64,000 bases of DNA from Vermamoeba vermiformis (lineage: Eukaryota): contig JBEWZL010000306.1 in the NCBI GenBank assembly GCA_045837725.1, positions 124,001-188,000 of the forward strand, given 5' to 3'. A program made the translations under genes and the position numbers. Below are positions 52,150 through 64,000 of the stretch, one piece after another; position 1 is the first letter of the stretch, and each line of letters begins with the position of its first letter. The notes beneath the pieces are model-generated. The model was not told the DNA's origin. It made no database searches and saw nothing but the letters and a program-made list of their open reading frames with translations.

Positions 52150-53702
52150 TTAACCAGGATAAATATATCTTTGATATGACTTTATCAATCCTTGTAGTAT
52201 TGTACCTTGATCGTCATAATAATTAACCAGGCCATTATCTTCTACTGAATAAATTCTGTTCAAGTACGGCACGAAGACTGTGCAATCTGAACGCCCGTCT
52301 TCTAAATACAGAATGTCGTAGACATGCTCAGTCAATTTTGATTTAGGCACGTCTAATAGCTTCGATAATGAGTTCATATCTGGCTTTGATTCTTCTTCGT
52401 ATCCATCAGGTTCGATGCTATAGAAATCGTTCATCGTAATTTTTGGCGGATGCATGTCCGTTGTAAAAGGTCGGATCTCGTTTAGTGATGGTAATAGCAA
52501 TCCATGGCTCGGAGAACACTGAATAATAACGATTAATATAGTAATACTTAATATAGGGGTTGTATCAATAGGCCATCCAACAATTCGATTAATGAGATCC
52601 GACCGGAGCATGGTCCGAATGAATTTTTTTGTTATATTTACCATATAATACTCGCGCATATCATTTGGCATGAAATAATTACGGCTCTTCTCCCATCTGG
52701 CGATTTTCTCTTTCACCTTTTTGACATCCGGTTCTGGACGGTGTCCTAGCATTAGCTTAGTGACTATTCTCCTAATCTTGGAACAAGTCTTGTAATTTCT
52801 TTGAAATTCGCTGAACCAATCGACGTTATCGTCGCTAATCTGAAGTTGCGGAATTGGTTTTTGAGATTCGAATCTGAAGCATTTGTTCCTTATTTCGTGC
52901 GGCAATCTCCATTCTCTTTCTCGGAAAAATTTCTTCCATTGTGATTGAGCTGCATGTACGAGGTTGCTCGTTGATTTGGAGACTCTTGTCCAGATTGTGA
53001 TCTGAGGAAACTCGCTGAATGAGATAATCACAGCAATAATATCGCTATTGAGGTGCATTTTATGTTGATCGGTAGCCTTAGGCCACTTCAAAGCCTTCTT
53101 ACGCGGCAATAATATCGTTTTAAATGAGTCAAAATTGTATTTAGCTTTATCCGCGAAAAGCACATCCGCTTCCTCGCTCGATTCGTCTTCGCTCTCGCTC
53201 GAACTAGATTCACTACTGCTGCTCGATGATTTTGGTTCGTTTGACTCAGGAGTTTGGTTATTCTGTGTGGTCGGAATTGATTCGTTTGGTTCATCTGACT
53301 CGATTTCGTGGATATCATTGTCTGGAAATAAAAAACTCTTGGCATACGATACGATGCGACTAATTATGCCATTATTTTGCTCGGGCTTGATTGTCTAAAT
53401 AATTGGAGTAAAGTTATTAAATTTTAGAAAAAGATTCTTATTTTGAGTAAACTTTACCTTTTCTTTTTCGTCCTTGCTCACCTCTGCCTTAATATCGCGT
53501 TTGATTTCTGATTTTATTTTAATTTTTTGCTCTTTTTTAACGTCGCTGGTTGCTGGTTCACTTTTGATCTCTTTTTTGATCTCGGTTTTTACCTCTTGCT
53601 TTACGTTTTTTCCTTCTTTGCTCGCTTCGTTGCCCTTTCTGCCACTCCGTCGTCGTCATTGTAATCAGAAACACGGGCTCGCTTTCGTGCTCGTGTCTCC
53701 AT
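52150..53702 (-). CDS. F-box-like + SMI1/KNR4(SUKH)-like protein, tandem copy 1
   Basis: METRARKR start, IKxE repeats, LNSDIIAVIISF..WTRVSK..W (F-box-like), IARWEKSRNYFMPNDMREYY (SUKH-like). Confidence 0.65.
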
Positions 53703-53861
53703 TTTTTGTTTATTAACAAATAAATCGGGCGTTTTAGTAGTGCACAAACCGAGCTTACTTTACTCCATAGTCTCACCGTGTAAAAAATTTATTATACATT
53801 TAACTGAATCTCTACAAGTGGATACATCAGGAGATCCTACTTTTCTTTTTCTCGTTTTTGC

Positions 53862-55338
53862 TTACTTTGATAACCTTTTTTTCATGTTCCGCAGTCTCTC
53901 GAGTATGGTCTCTCCATTGATTAATTCTCCTCCATCTTCGAATATCATATTCACGTAGGACACATAAAACTCGAATGTGTAGCGATTGATCGCTGCTAAA
54001 AATAGAATTCCTGCGATATCTGCTTTCAACTGTGATTTAGGAATGTCAACTAGCTTCGAAATTGAATCCAGATCCGGTTTTCCATCAACATCATATTCAT
54101 CTGGATAATTTTCATTAGGATATTTGTCGTCGTCTCCATTACTTTCGATACGATAAAGCCTTGATAAAGACATTTGTGGCCCGCAAACATTTTCAATGTG
54201 TGTAACTATTGGAAGTGCCAGATTGTGCACCCAACAGCCCTAAAAAAGCAATAATCGTCAGATTTTCCTAATATAGAAATACTCGGTAATATTTATTTTC
54301 TTACCTTGCAATACTCGCGGTAATCATTTGGCACGTAGAAATCGTTTTCCTCTTCCCATTTACGCAGACTTTCTTCCGTCATGCGCGCATCCCTGTTGTC
54401 TCCTTTCTTAGGCTCGCCATTAGAATAGTGATTGCATAAATCCGTCAGTAATTTCTTCATTTCTGAGCTCATGATGTAATTTCGCTGGAACTCCTTGAAC
54501 CAATCAACTATTTTGTCCGCGATCTTGAGTTGGGGAATTGGTTCCTTGGCGTCTCCACCTTCCGTTCTATACTTAAAATTATGATTTCTAATCTCGTGTG
54601 GCAATCTCCAATATCGTTCTCTGAACAATGTTTGCCATAAAGCTTGAGATCCATGAACGATATTGCTCGTTGATTTTGAGACTCGTGTCCAGATCATGAT
54701 CTGAGGTACATCACTGAGCGCCAGTATTCTCTCTATTATTTTATTATCGATTTTCATTTGAGGCTGATCTTTCGCATCATTCCAACGCAAGCCATCGCCC
54801 GACAAAACAATCGTTTTGAACTCGCTAAAGTTATACTTTGCACCGCTCTTCTTTTTCGACTGATCATTTGCTCTCTCATCCTCATTATAGACTTCACTTT
54901 CATCGCTAATATCGATTGCCTCTTTGCTTTCAGACGATCCAGATTCATTAATATCTTCGTCAAGATTTTCAATTGATTCATCTGCTTGATCGGTAGTCTC
55001 CTCCGTTATTCCTGGCTCTTTTTTAATTTTTACTTTTGTTTCGAGCTTTATTTTCTATGACAGGAGGGTAAGAAACTTGAGAAACCCGATCAAAACAAAA
55101 AATATTTTACCTGTTCTTTTTTCTCTTTCTTAAGCTCGATCTTGACTTCACGCTTTATTTCCGATTTTATTTTGATTTTTTGCTCTTCTTTCACATTTTT
55201 AGGCTCTTGCTTGATCTCTTTCTTGATCTCCTGCTTTACGTTCTTTTCCTTTTTAATTCTCTTGGCCGATCTTTCTGCAACTCCATCGTCATAGTTATAG
55301 TCACCAACACGGGCTCGCTTTCGTGCTCGTGTCTCCAT
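53862..55338 (-). CDS. F-box-like + SUKH-like protein, tandem copy 2
   Basis: Same architecture; LRKWEEENDFYVPNDYREYC. Confidence 0.65.
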
Positions 55339-55499
55339 TTTTAAATAATAAAATGTTCGCTCACCAAATTTTTAATCGCGTCCCTCATTTAGCATCAGTA
55401 TGAGCTTTCATGACAATATCTTAGTGGTTTAATATTAATACAAAAAAAAGAACAAGATTTGCTTTGGATCAAGCTTGTTCATTCGCCATAATTTCGTCT

Positions 55500-57006
55500 T
55501 TACTTTGGATTTTTTAGCTCCGCTTTTCTTTCCACTAACTTTTCCAATAAACTTCCTTCTTCGCTGAAATAGACGAACTCATCATCAAGATTAGTCATGT
55601 ACATGAGATTCAAGTACGGGACATAGACAATATCGCCTTGACGTCCGACAGGTGATATGTAAAGAATGCCCGATATATCGTCCTTGATCTTTTCTCTTGG
55701 AATGTCTAATAGCTTTGATAGCGCATTCTTGTCAGGCTTTCCAACCTCGTCGTTCTTATCTTGTTTTCTGCGGTACAAACTGAACATGGACATTTCTGGC
55801 GTGCACACGTGCAATTCTTCGAGGTCCTCAAGTACCATATTTGGAAAAGGACTGGCCTAAATAAGTAACAAAATCAGTGTTGATGTTGGGACGAATTTCC
55901 GGACGTGATCCAGATCCGGATCTGTAGCTCGGGTTGAAAGAATGTGACTTACTTTGAAATACTCTCGAACGTCATTGGAGAAATAATAATCGTTTTGTTC
56001 TTCCCACTCACTGAGTGCCTCTTCATCAATTCGCGCTTCCTCGTCAGCTTCCTCGCCTTGCTTAGCAAGTATCTTCGTGATCTCGTTAATTTCTTTTTTG
56101 ATACGCACACTGGTAACATAATTGCGCTTAAACTCTTGAAACCAGTCCACTTGGTCTTTACCATATTTAAGTTGTGGTATTCGTCTTTCGCTTGACGCAA
56201 ATTTGAAATTCTTGTTCCTAATCTCGTGCGGCAGTCTCCAATTTTGTCTTCTGAACAAGGTTTGCCATAAGGATTGAGTTCCATAGACCAGATTGCTCGT
56301 TGATTTTGAGACTCGTGCCCAGATCATGATCTCGGGTACTTCGCTGACCAACATGATCTTCTGGATGATTTTGTTCGTTAATCGCATTTGTTTTTGATCC
56401 GCTGCATTGGGCCAACGTAAGGCAGTAGTCGATCTAAGGATCGTCTTAAAGTCGTCAAAATTATAGCCAGCCTTGCACTCTCCAATACGTAACGTCTCGT
56501 CGTTACTGTCACCGGCGTCTTCTTCGTCTTCATCACTATCCTCGTCTTCCTCCATTTCTTCGCTCTCTTCTAGTTCTTCCTCGCTCTGTTCGGATTCGTG
56601 ATCAAGTGGGTCGGAAAATTCGTCGCTCAGCTCTTCATCCTCGACTTGATCGGTTGCTTCTTCTGTTACGCCTGGATCTTTCTTGATCTCAATTTTTGGT
56701 TCGAGCTTAATCTTTGGTAACGTTTAGAAAAAGTTGCTCGAAAGATCTGATCGACACGGGTTTCATTACCTTTTCTTTTTTCTCTTTTTTCAGCTCGATC
56801 TTCACTTCTGATTTAATTTCTGATTTTATGGCGATTTTTGATTCTTGTTTAATGGTAGTTGTTGGTTCCTGCTTGATCTTAGGTTCCTTTTTAATTTCTT
56901 GCTTTATCTCCTTCTCCTGCTTAATGCGTTTCGAGGCCCTTTCGGCAACTTCATCATTGTATTCGTAATCAGTAACACGAACTCGCTTTCGTGTACGTTT
57001 CTCCAT
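55500..57006 (-). CDS. F-box-like + SUKH-like protein, tandem copy 3
   Basis: Same architecture; LSEWEEQNDYYFSNDVREYF. Confidence 0.65.
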
Positions 57007-57117
57007 TGTTAGGCAGAATTAAAGAAAAACGATCGTGCAGAAAATTTTTGTCCAACAAGGCCCTGATATCATTATTTAACAGTTTGACGAATATTACCAC
57101 AAATCAGAAGTTTAAGA

Positions 57118-59434
57118 ATGGAAATAGACGCCTCCGTTCTGGATCAGCAAAAAGACTATGTTGGCCCGAGTTTGACTTTGACAGCCGAAAGCGAATTTAA
57201 TCAAGTCGATAGAAAATCAAAACAGAAGGTATATATTACGCCTAATATAATCCCATATTAATTGCTTGCCTTCAGAATTAATTCTTAATTTTGAAATTTA
57301 ATTCTTTTAATTTGCAAGGTCGCTTGTGTCGCTTCAATTACCGGCATGCCCTTCGAAAATTTATCTAGAAATTCTAGAGCTCCTATTGACCTCGTCGCCG
57401 TCATTGATAGGTAAACAAAGACAAATCCGAAACTCGTTCTTATTTTTTTGCTTACTCTTTGGCCTAGGAGTGCTAGTATGAAGCCTCGTATGCAATTCGT
57501 CTCATCAACGATATCCTTTATGATCACTCAATTAAAACAAAACGACAACCTGGGCATTGTGATGTACGATAGCGACGTAGAAGTTCTCTTGCCCTTGACA
57601 AAGATGGATCCCGAAGGAAAGGTACATAAATACGTTATAAAGTTTGTAATATCAATGATGAACGAAATTATTAACATCGGCTCCTAGGATCAAGCGCGGA
57701 TTGCAACCAAAAATTTGGTTACAAAAGGCCAAACTAATCTCTCCGGCGGATTATTGCAAGCCTTAAATATGCTTCGTGTAAATAAGTCGTAAGTGCCGGA
57801 ATCAATGCTAGATTATCTTACAGGCCAGATTTCGGCATCAGTGCTTAAGATCAACCCTAATCAGTACTATTTTCCAGAGGAAACGATGTATCTGCCGTAC
57901 TACTATTTACAGATGGTCTCGCTAATATGGGCATTACTAAAACGTAAGTACCAAGCAATCGTTAGATCACGTGCGTGGGCCTGCATCCAACCATTCAGTT
58001 AACCATTCCCACGTATTCTAACGTTCTATTTTAGGCCTGGAATTATTAAAGCCGTCGATGGCATAGTGAAGCAGATAGATACAGTTTGCAGCGTGTTCAC
58101 CTTTGGCTACGGATCCGATCCCGATCCGGAGTTTCTGAAGGCAATTTCAGATCAGGCCAACGGCATGTTCTACTTTATGAAGTCTCCTGAGTCCATTCCC
58201 GAATCATTTGCGGACTGCCTCGGTGGCTTATTATCAGTCGTAGCTCAAAACATCTGTTTGACGATCGAGGCGGGTAAACATAGCACGATCGGCGAAGTGA
58301 CGACCATTTACAGAACAGTGGTGGAACAACAAGGCAAAATAGTCAAAGTATATATTGGCGACTTGTATTCTGAAGAGGTAAGAATCGCTTTTCTTTTCCG
58401 ACAAAACTTTTTCGCGCAATGGTTTCTCAATACTTTAAATAGCAATTGGCATTTGCCTTATTGAGCTACTATTGCACTACTGCAGAATAATATTTAACTT
58501 CATTTTACGTAGCGCAAAGACATTCTTTGTACGGTGGAGCTGGAGGCGCTGACCGAAGCCAAAGAAAAAGACTCTGTGCTCGAGATCCAATGCAATTACC
58601 GCAATGTTATCAACGCGCAGTCTGAATTCCTCAAAACTACTGCTGTTATTGATCGACCAGATAACGTAGTTGCTAGTGCGCCTATTAACACTTACGTGGA
58701 TAAACAACGCAACAGAATAATTGCCGCAAAGGCAATGGAGCAGGTACGGAGATACATACGCCTAAATATAACGCACCTTTCATAGAACGAAAATTACTAG
58801 TTAATGGCAGCGAATATTTTATTCGGAATTTTACTTAATTGGATAATTTAATCTCGAACTAACTTTGGGAACAGGCCCTAGAGGAAGGCAAGAAAGAGGA
58901 CTACAATAAGGCGCAACAACTGTTAGAACACGCTAAACAAGTCATTGTTCAGTCGTCTTCGCGTAACGATGCCTATTGTCAACTGTAAGTACGAAGAATC
59001 TCTTTGGGATCTGCTAAAAATAACTTTCGTACTAATGTCTGCGATCCACTTTCTTACGTACCCTTAAAGATCCTATAAGCATACAATCGTCTACTCATTT
59101 AGCTCGGCGTTCTCGTTTGTTATGTACATTTATTGATCCGTTACGTTTTTACTGTAGGCTCGTGCGGCAATTGGAAGACAGCAAGAGTGAGGTCAAAACT
59201 AAGGAACAGTTCCAAAACAACGGCAAGCAGTACTTGTCCTCCACGGTCACCTCGCACTATCAACAACGTGCCAACATCGCTACTGAGGGTTATTACGCGA
59301 GCAAGTCCAAGTCAGTCGTCAAAGAAGGCTACAAACAGATGGTCAGCGCACCGAGCGTGTACCACGAGAAGAAAGACTCGGGATCCAACAACTCCAACAA
59401 CAATAATAACGGCGACAATAACAACAATAACTGA
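57118..59434 (+). CDS. von Willebrand factor A domain protein (Vwaint-like C-terminus), multi-exon
   Basis: RAPIDLVAVIDR|SASM (MIDAS DxSxS), GQTNLSGGL, LLFTDGLAN, VFTFGYG, FADCLGGLLSVVAQN, SHYQQRA. Confidence 0.85.
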
Positions 59435-59802
59435 AGCCTAATATATTGTATTGGTTTCTTTCAGAACTGTAAATCTTGTAAATAACAATTTGTTTGTTCC
59501 GCTGCCTTTCTCTTAATTGGAGTATCGTATCTTTAGGATCTTTATCATGACTCCACTGTGTTCGTAGTTCTATGGCAGTGCTGCAACCACAGTCCGTCCT
59601 GATTGATTCACCAGTTTCGAAAAGATTTGTGCGCGGATGTGACGCACACAGCCGACGGAAAAATACGTATCTATCGCAAGCTATTCGCTATTTATTACAT
59701 TATATTGTACATGGTGGTCAAGGTGACCTTAAATATTAGACATATTGACAGAATCTAACGTTGGTAGCGTCGCATCTGGACCGCAATTTTGGAGCGTCGA
59801 AT

Positions 59803-60714
59803 TTACATCAACTTGCACTTTAACTTGCCTCTCTTGGCCTTCTTCTTGCCGTCCTTGGCAGTAGTGGAGTTACCAGGCAATGTCTTGCGCACTTCACGAA
59901 CCAAAGAGAAGAAAGCCTCTTCAATGTTCTGAAATGATAAGCGGATTAGATTTCGCTCGGGTCACATAAAATGGTAGGAAATTGCTTACAATGCGGCGCA
60001 AAGCAGAGGTTTCGAAGAAGGGAGCCTTGTATCTTCGAGCAAGCTCCTCACCTTCGGCAGTAGTAACTTGTCTCTCTTGATCGAGATCGCACTTGTTTCC
60101 GACGAGCACGACAGGAACCCAATCTCTGTCCTTGACTCTCAAAATTTGAGGATAGAAGGCATTTTGAATTTCGTCGAAGGAGCTACGGCTGTTGATGGCA
60201 TAGCAGCACATGAAGCCTTGACCAGTGCGCATCTGGGGTAAACTCGTAAATATCGGAAACATGTTAGAAAGATGGTTAAATTTACTTACATATTGGTCAC
60301 GCATAGCGGAGTAGTCCTCTAATTAGGAAAAGAAGCAAGTTAGTACCAGAAAAGGGTCAGATGTGTCAAGTTGCAAATAATTTGACGCCGGTAGAATTGA
60401 AAAATAAATCAAATTAACGCAGGAGAAATAATTACCTTGGCCCGCAGTGTCTAAAATATCGAGCAAGCAAGCTTCATCGTCAATGTTGACTTGTTTACGG
60501 TATCTGGAATTACCAGTTAGTCCAACCGTGTTAGAACGAAGGTTTCGTGGCGTCAAATATATGATTACATTGCAAGGCAATTATTTATGTGCACTTACGA
60601 GTCTTCAATGGTGGGATCGTAGGAGTCAACGAAGTGGTTTGAAATAAGCTGGATTGTGCAGGCGGATTTACCGACACCTCCACCACCAACGATAACGAGC
60701 TTGTATTCAGTCAT
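59803..60714 (-). CDS. RAS: Ras-subfamily small GTPase, 5 exons
   Basis: [50 protein letters not shown]-terminal CAAX CKLM. Confidence 0.95.
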
Positions 60715-61592
60715 GATTAATGTTGTATCTGTCGAGCTTGTTGCTGCTTGTCTTGTTGACAGAATAACGTTCGGAACTCGGTTTTATGTTCCCTCGCAGT
60801 AAATAAACGCGCTCTGATTGGCTCAAATAAAAATAAATCCAAGTGTCAAATGTCATCTTTCGCCTGTACCAGAATAACTTCGGAATATGATCCAAGTAAC
60901 GCCAATGACCATAAGGAACCGATTTATAGATCGGCAACGTATGGTAGAGCACCAACAGTAACGATCTGCGCGTCTAATCCGGATCTCGAAAGTAAGTCCT
61001 CGTTCCATTCTCCCGCGGGATCCTATTATGCCCTGAGACTCCTCAAGAACCCCACCAATTGACAGCCATCTTTTTTGTAAAGCTTCGTCGCTGACGTCGT
61101 TGGATGCGCGTGCGCATGAATTGTTCCATGAGCGTCGTGTTTTCTCTGCGTAGAAATAAAGAGGTACTCCCTAACTGTACCTCAACGCGAAAACAATACG
61201 TCCGTAGTCCAGATGGATGGTATCTAGTTGTTATCGGATGAAACGGATCTCCATTCACCCCCACTCTATGTCATGGCTATGCTTAGATTAGCTACGCTAT
61301 TGTCTAATCCACCATACCAATTAATATCGCACATCCAATTGAACAGATGTCGATGTTGGATGAGCTCAACCAGAAGTACCATGACGTATAGTATTGAGCT
61401 TAGATCCAACCTTGTTATTTGTTTTTGCAGTGCCAATTGAGCTGTGTTCTTCTTCAGATGTTGCTGTCGGCAGATCAATCCAAGCTGAAAACGTACCAAA
61501 ATTTGCTATATTTAGTCGCCTCCCAAACAGGCGGAGAATTTTTCCGTGGCTGTGGATCTTTCTCTCCACAAGAGTTTATGTATGATACAACG

Positions 61593-62680
61593 TCAGTATG
61601 GGTACGAACCATCCATATTATCGGTATTGTGCTCCGTGTCATCTTTCGCGTTGCTATAAGACATCGAGTGATGGATGTCTAAATTAGTGTTGGATGGATC
61701 TGCATCTGGGTAAGACCAATGAGGTGGGTACTGATACTCGTTCGGGTAATTATGGTTGTGCTCCTCTTGGTAGTCCATAGTGTCACCATCGTCCAGAACT
61801 TCTGTTAGCGTCGTGTAATCCTGTTGATCTGGATTTAACACTTGGTTGAAGCCTTCGTCACCTTGTTGCGGAGCCTCGCGTTCTTCATTATTATATACAT
61901 CGCGAGGTACCGCTATTCTAATATTATTATTATTCGCTTTGTTGTTATTATTATCTAGCTGATCAGAATTCGCATTGGATTCCAGTTCGTAACTCGCGAG
62001 ATATATTATTAATTTTTCTTCTAGGTTGCCCCAGCCCTTTTTTCGGGTATCTCCTTTAAGGTAGAGACTCAGAGTACCAGCGCTAACAAAGAGAAGGTTA
62101 GATCAAGCGCATCTCTTTTCGGTTAAATGGGCTCACCTGAAATTGATTGCCTTCGCCACGTCCTCTTGTTTTATCTTATTTCTGTGTATAAACTCGAGGA
62201 TCTGGTCTCGGAGAGATGCATCCTTCGTTTGTGAACCAGACTCGCTCTTTGGATCTTCCGTCGCAAAATCGGAGTTATAGAATCCTCCTAAATCGACCTC
62301 GAACTAATAATACCATATTATTAACAGATCAAAGATCAAATAATTTCTCCGCTCTACCTGGAGACAGTTCGAGCATTGGATCGTAGCATAACGGTCCGAC
62401 ATAGTATCCCAGATCTTGCTTCGTTCGAGAGGTGTGTATGCACCGCCTATGCATTTGCTGTACGAAAAGTGAGTCTATTATGGAATATAATTATTTTAAA
62501 TTGTTATCTCGTCTCCCAGGAAAACTGGCAGAAGAATTTTCCTTATTTGATGGTATCAAATTTAGAGCATCATAAAGAGATGCGAATGAACTTACAGACA
62601 ATATGAACGGTGACAAGTAACGCAAGTCAACATTTTCTCTCCCTTTTTCATCGCGGATGTAAGCAAGCCGCATTGGCATT
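61593..62680 (-). CDS. Putative lambda-repressor-like HTH DNA-binding protein, multi-exon
   Basis: LRDQILEFIHRNKIKQEDVAKAINF|SAGTLSLYLKG..WGNLEEKLIIYL followed by N-rich/acidic region; both ends uncertain. Confidence 0.45.
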
Positions 62681-64000
62681 TATGCGAGGGACATCCCCTA
62701 GCATCTGAATTAGTATAGTTATCCAAAACGTGAAATTGCAACACTTGAAAGTTAATTAAAATAGCCCCGTAACCTAAAAAAACTTTTTACGATCATTGCT
62801 AAAGGCAAATGTTGCCGGAGATTTCCAACGGCGAGCGCTTAATTGCCGACACTGACACCCATTGATATACTTACCACCTGGGACTCTTAGAGTTAATAGG
62901 GGGTTTGCTATCGTTTGGCAGGCAGTCATAGTGGTAGGACTTCGGGCAAAATCCGCATCGAAGAATTCCTATATCGCTCGCTTCAATTGCTTGGCGACAA
63001 CAAAAGCATTGCTGCACGTGCTATATTATTATGTAGAGTATTAGTAACAGGCTTGTATAATTGGCCAGCTGCGTAACATCTCGTGAATTTACAAATTTGA
63101 TCGACAGATGCCAAAATTAAATTACGACGATTAATATTACCTTAGTCGAAACTAAACCTCTTGATAAGGTACTCATATGTCACTTATTTATGTACGAGAT
63201 CTAATCTGGGTTAGCGATGAATTAGTGCAAAAGAATTGAGAAGGGGGCGCATCCATGATTTAATTCAATTGCAAAAAACGGTCAATTATTAATATCTTAA
63301 TTATGACCGAATTTTATGATCTATTTCGGAGTTATATTTCGATCAGTTCTTTGATTTACTACGCAATCAGATCATTAAAGCCGGTATACACTTACCAAAA
63401 AAAGATCCACTTCCAGTGTTCGTTAAAAAAACGTGCTCTTCTATTAAACTTCTATATTACATATGTGCTCATCAGCTCGACGGAAGTTCAATGATATTTT
63501 TAGTTCTTTGCGTGATTTGTTTGTCGTTTGGTTATTCCGCTCTTGCTCGGATCCAAATATAGTTAACTGCACGTGCAACTACCCGGCATAGTTCCGGTGC
63601 ATCACGTGGTCGAGATGCACCTATGCATTGATGGGACCGCGGTATGATAAGGTACAAGCCTGAAAAAGTTTTCGTTAAATTTGATTAGGCGATTCGAAAT
63701 TAAATCGACAATTGGATTGATAATAATTGATCAAATTACTGCGAATATGACTGTTAGTAGTTGTGACTAAGCATACCTCGCAATTACTCCTGTAAAGGAC
63801 GATTTGGTTACCAAAAACGGATCCGGGAAGAAGTTTACGCGAGGTTGTATCACGCAGTTCCAAAAGGAGGAAATTCAAACGCCTATGAAGATATTATTTA
63901 GAAGTAGTGGTACAATATACATAAAGGATTAAACATCAGAAAAAGGTGTACACGAGGAAAGGACTGATCAGATCGCGCGCCCAAAAAAAGCATTGCTGAT

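Noticed and set aside
59599-59625. Hammerhead-like CTGATTGA..GAAA
   Set aside because: Does not fit the CUGANGA core and there is no proper stem II/III.
63565-63622. Small hairpins (TGCACGTGCA; GGTGCATC/GATGCACC)
   Set aside because: Too short and isolated to support a call.

Overview
Gene-dense, intron-rich eukaryotic nuclear DNA with short AT-rich GT-AG introns, CTAAC/CTGAC branch points and Asn/Gln/acidic low-complexity tracts. This is consistent with an amoeboid protist (inference). Conserved housekeeping genes (EAF, PAK1IP1/MAK11, ECD, TMEM208, TRM6, UBE2G, MED12, RMI1, Ras, a vWA protein) alternate with lineage-specific or duplicated genes: two inverted DUF4419-LRR fusions, three tandem membrane-anchored intradiol dioxygenase-like genes, three tandem F-box/SUKH-like genes, two orphan helical paralogues and two GPI-type surface proteins. 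The most striking feature is a ~255-bp cassette carrying an identical tRNA-Leu(AAG) between complementary terminal arms. It occurs twice, in sense orientation, inside introns of the head-to-head genes TMEM208 and TRM6. Also notable are a FRAS1/FREM2-C-terminus (ZP-like) surface protein, a ~350-nt structured intergenic element and a strongly CpG-depleted orphan gene. Family assignments come from recalled motifs, not database searches. Exon boundaries were read by eye.
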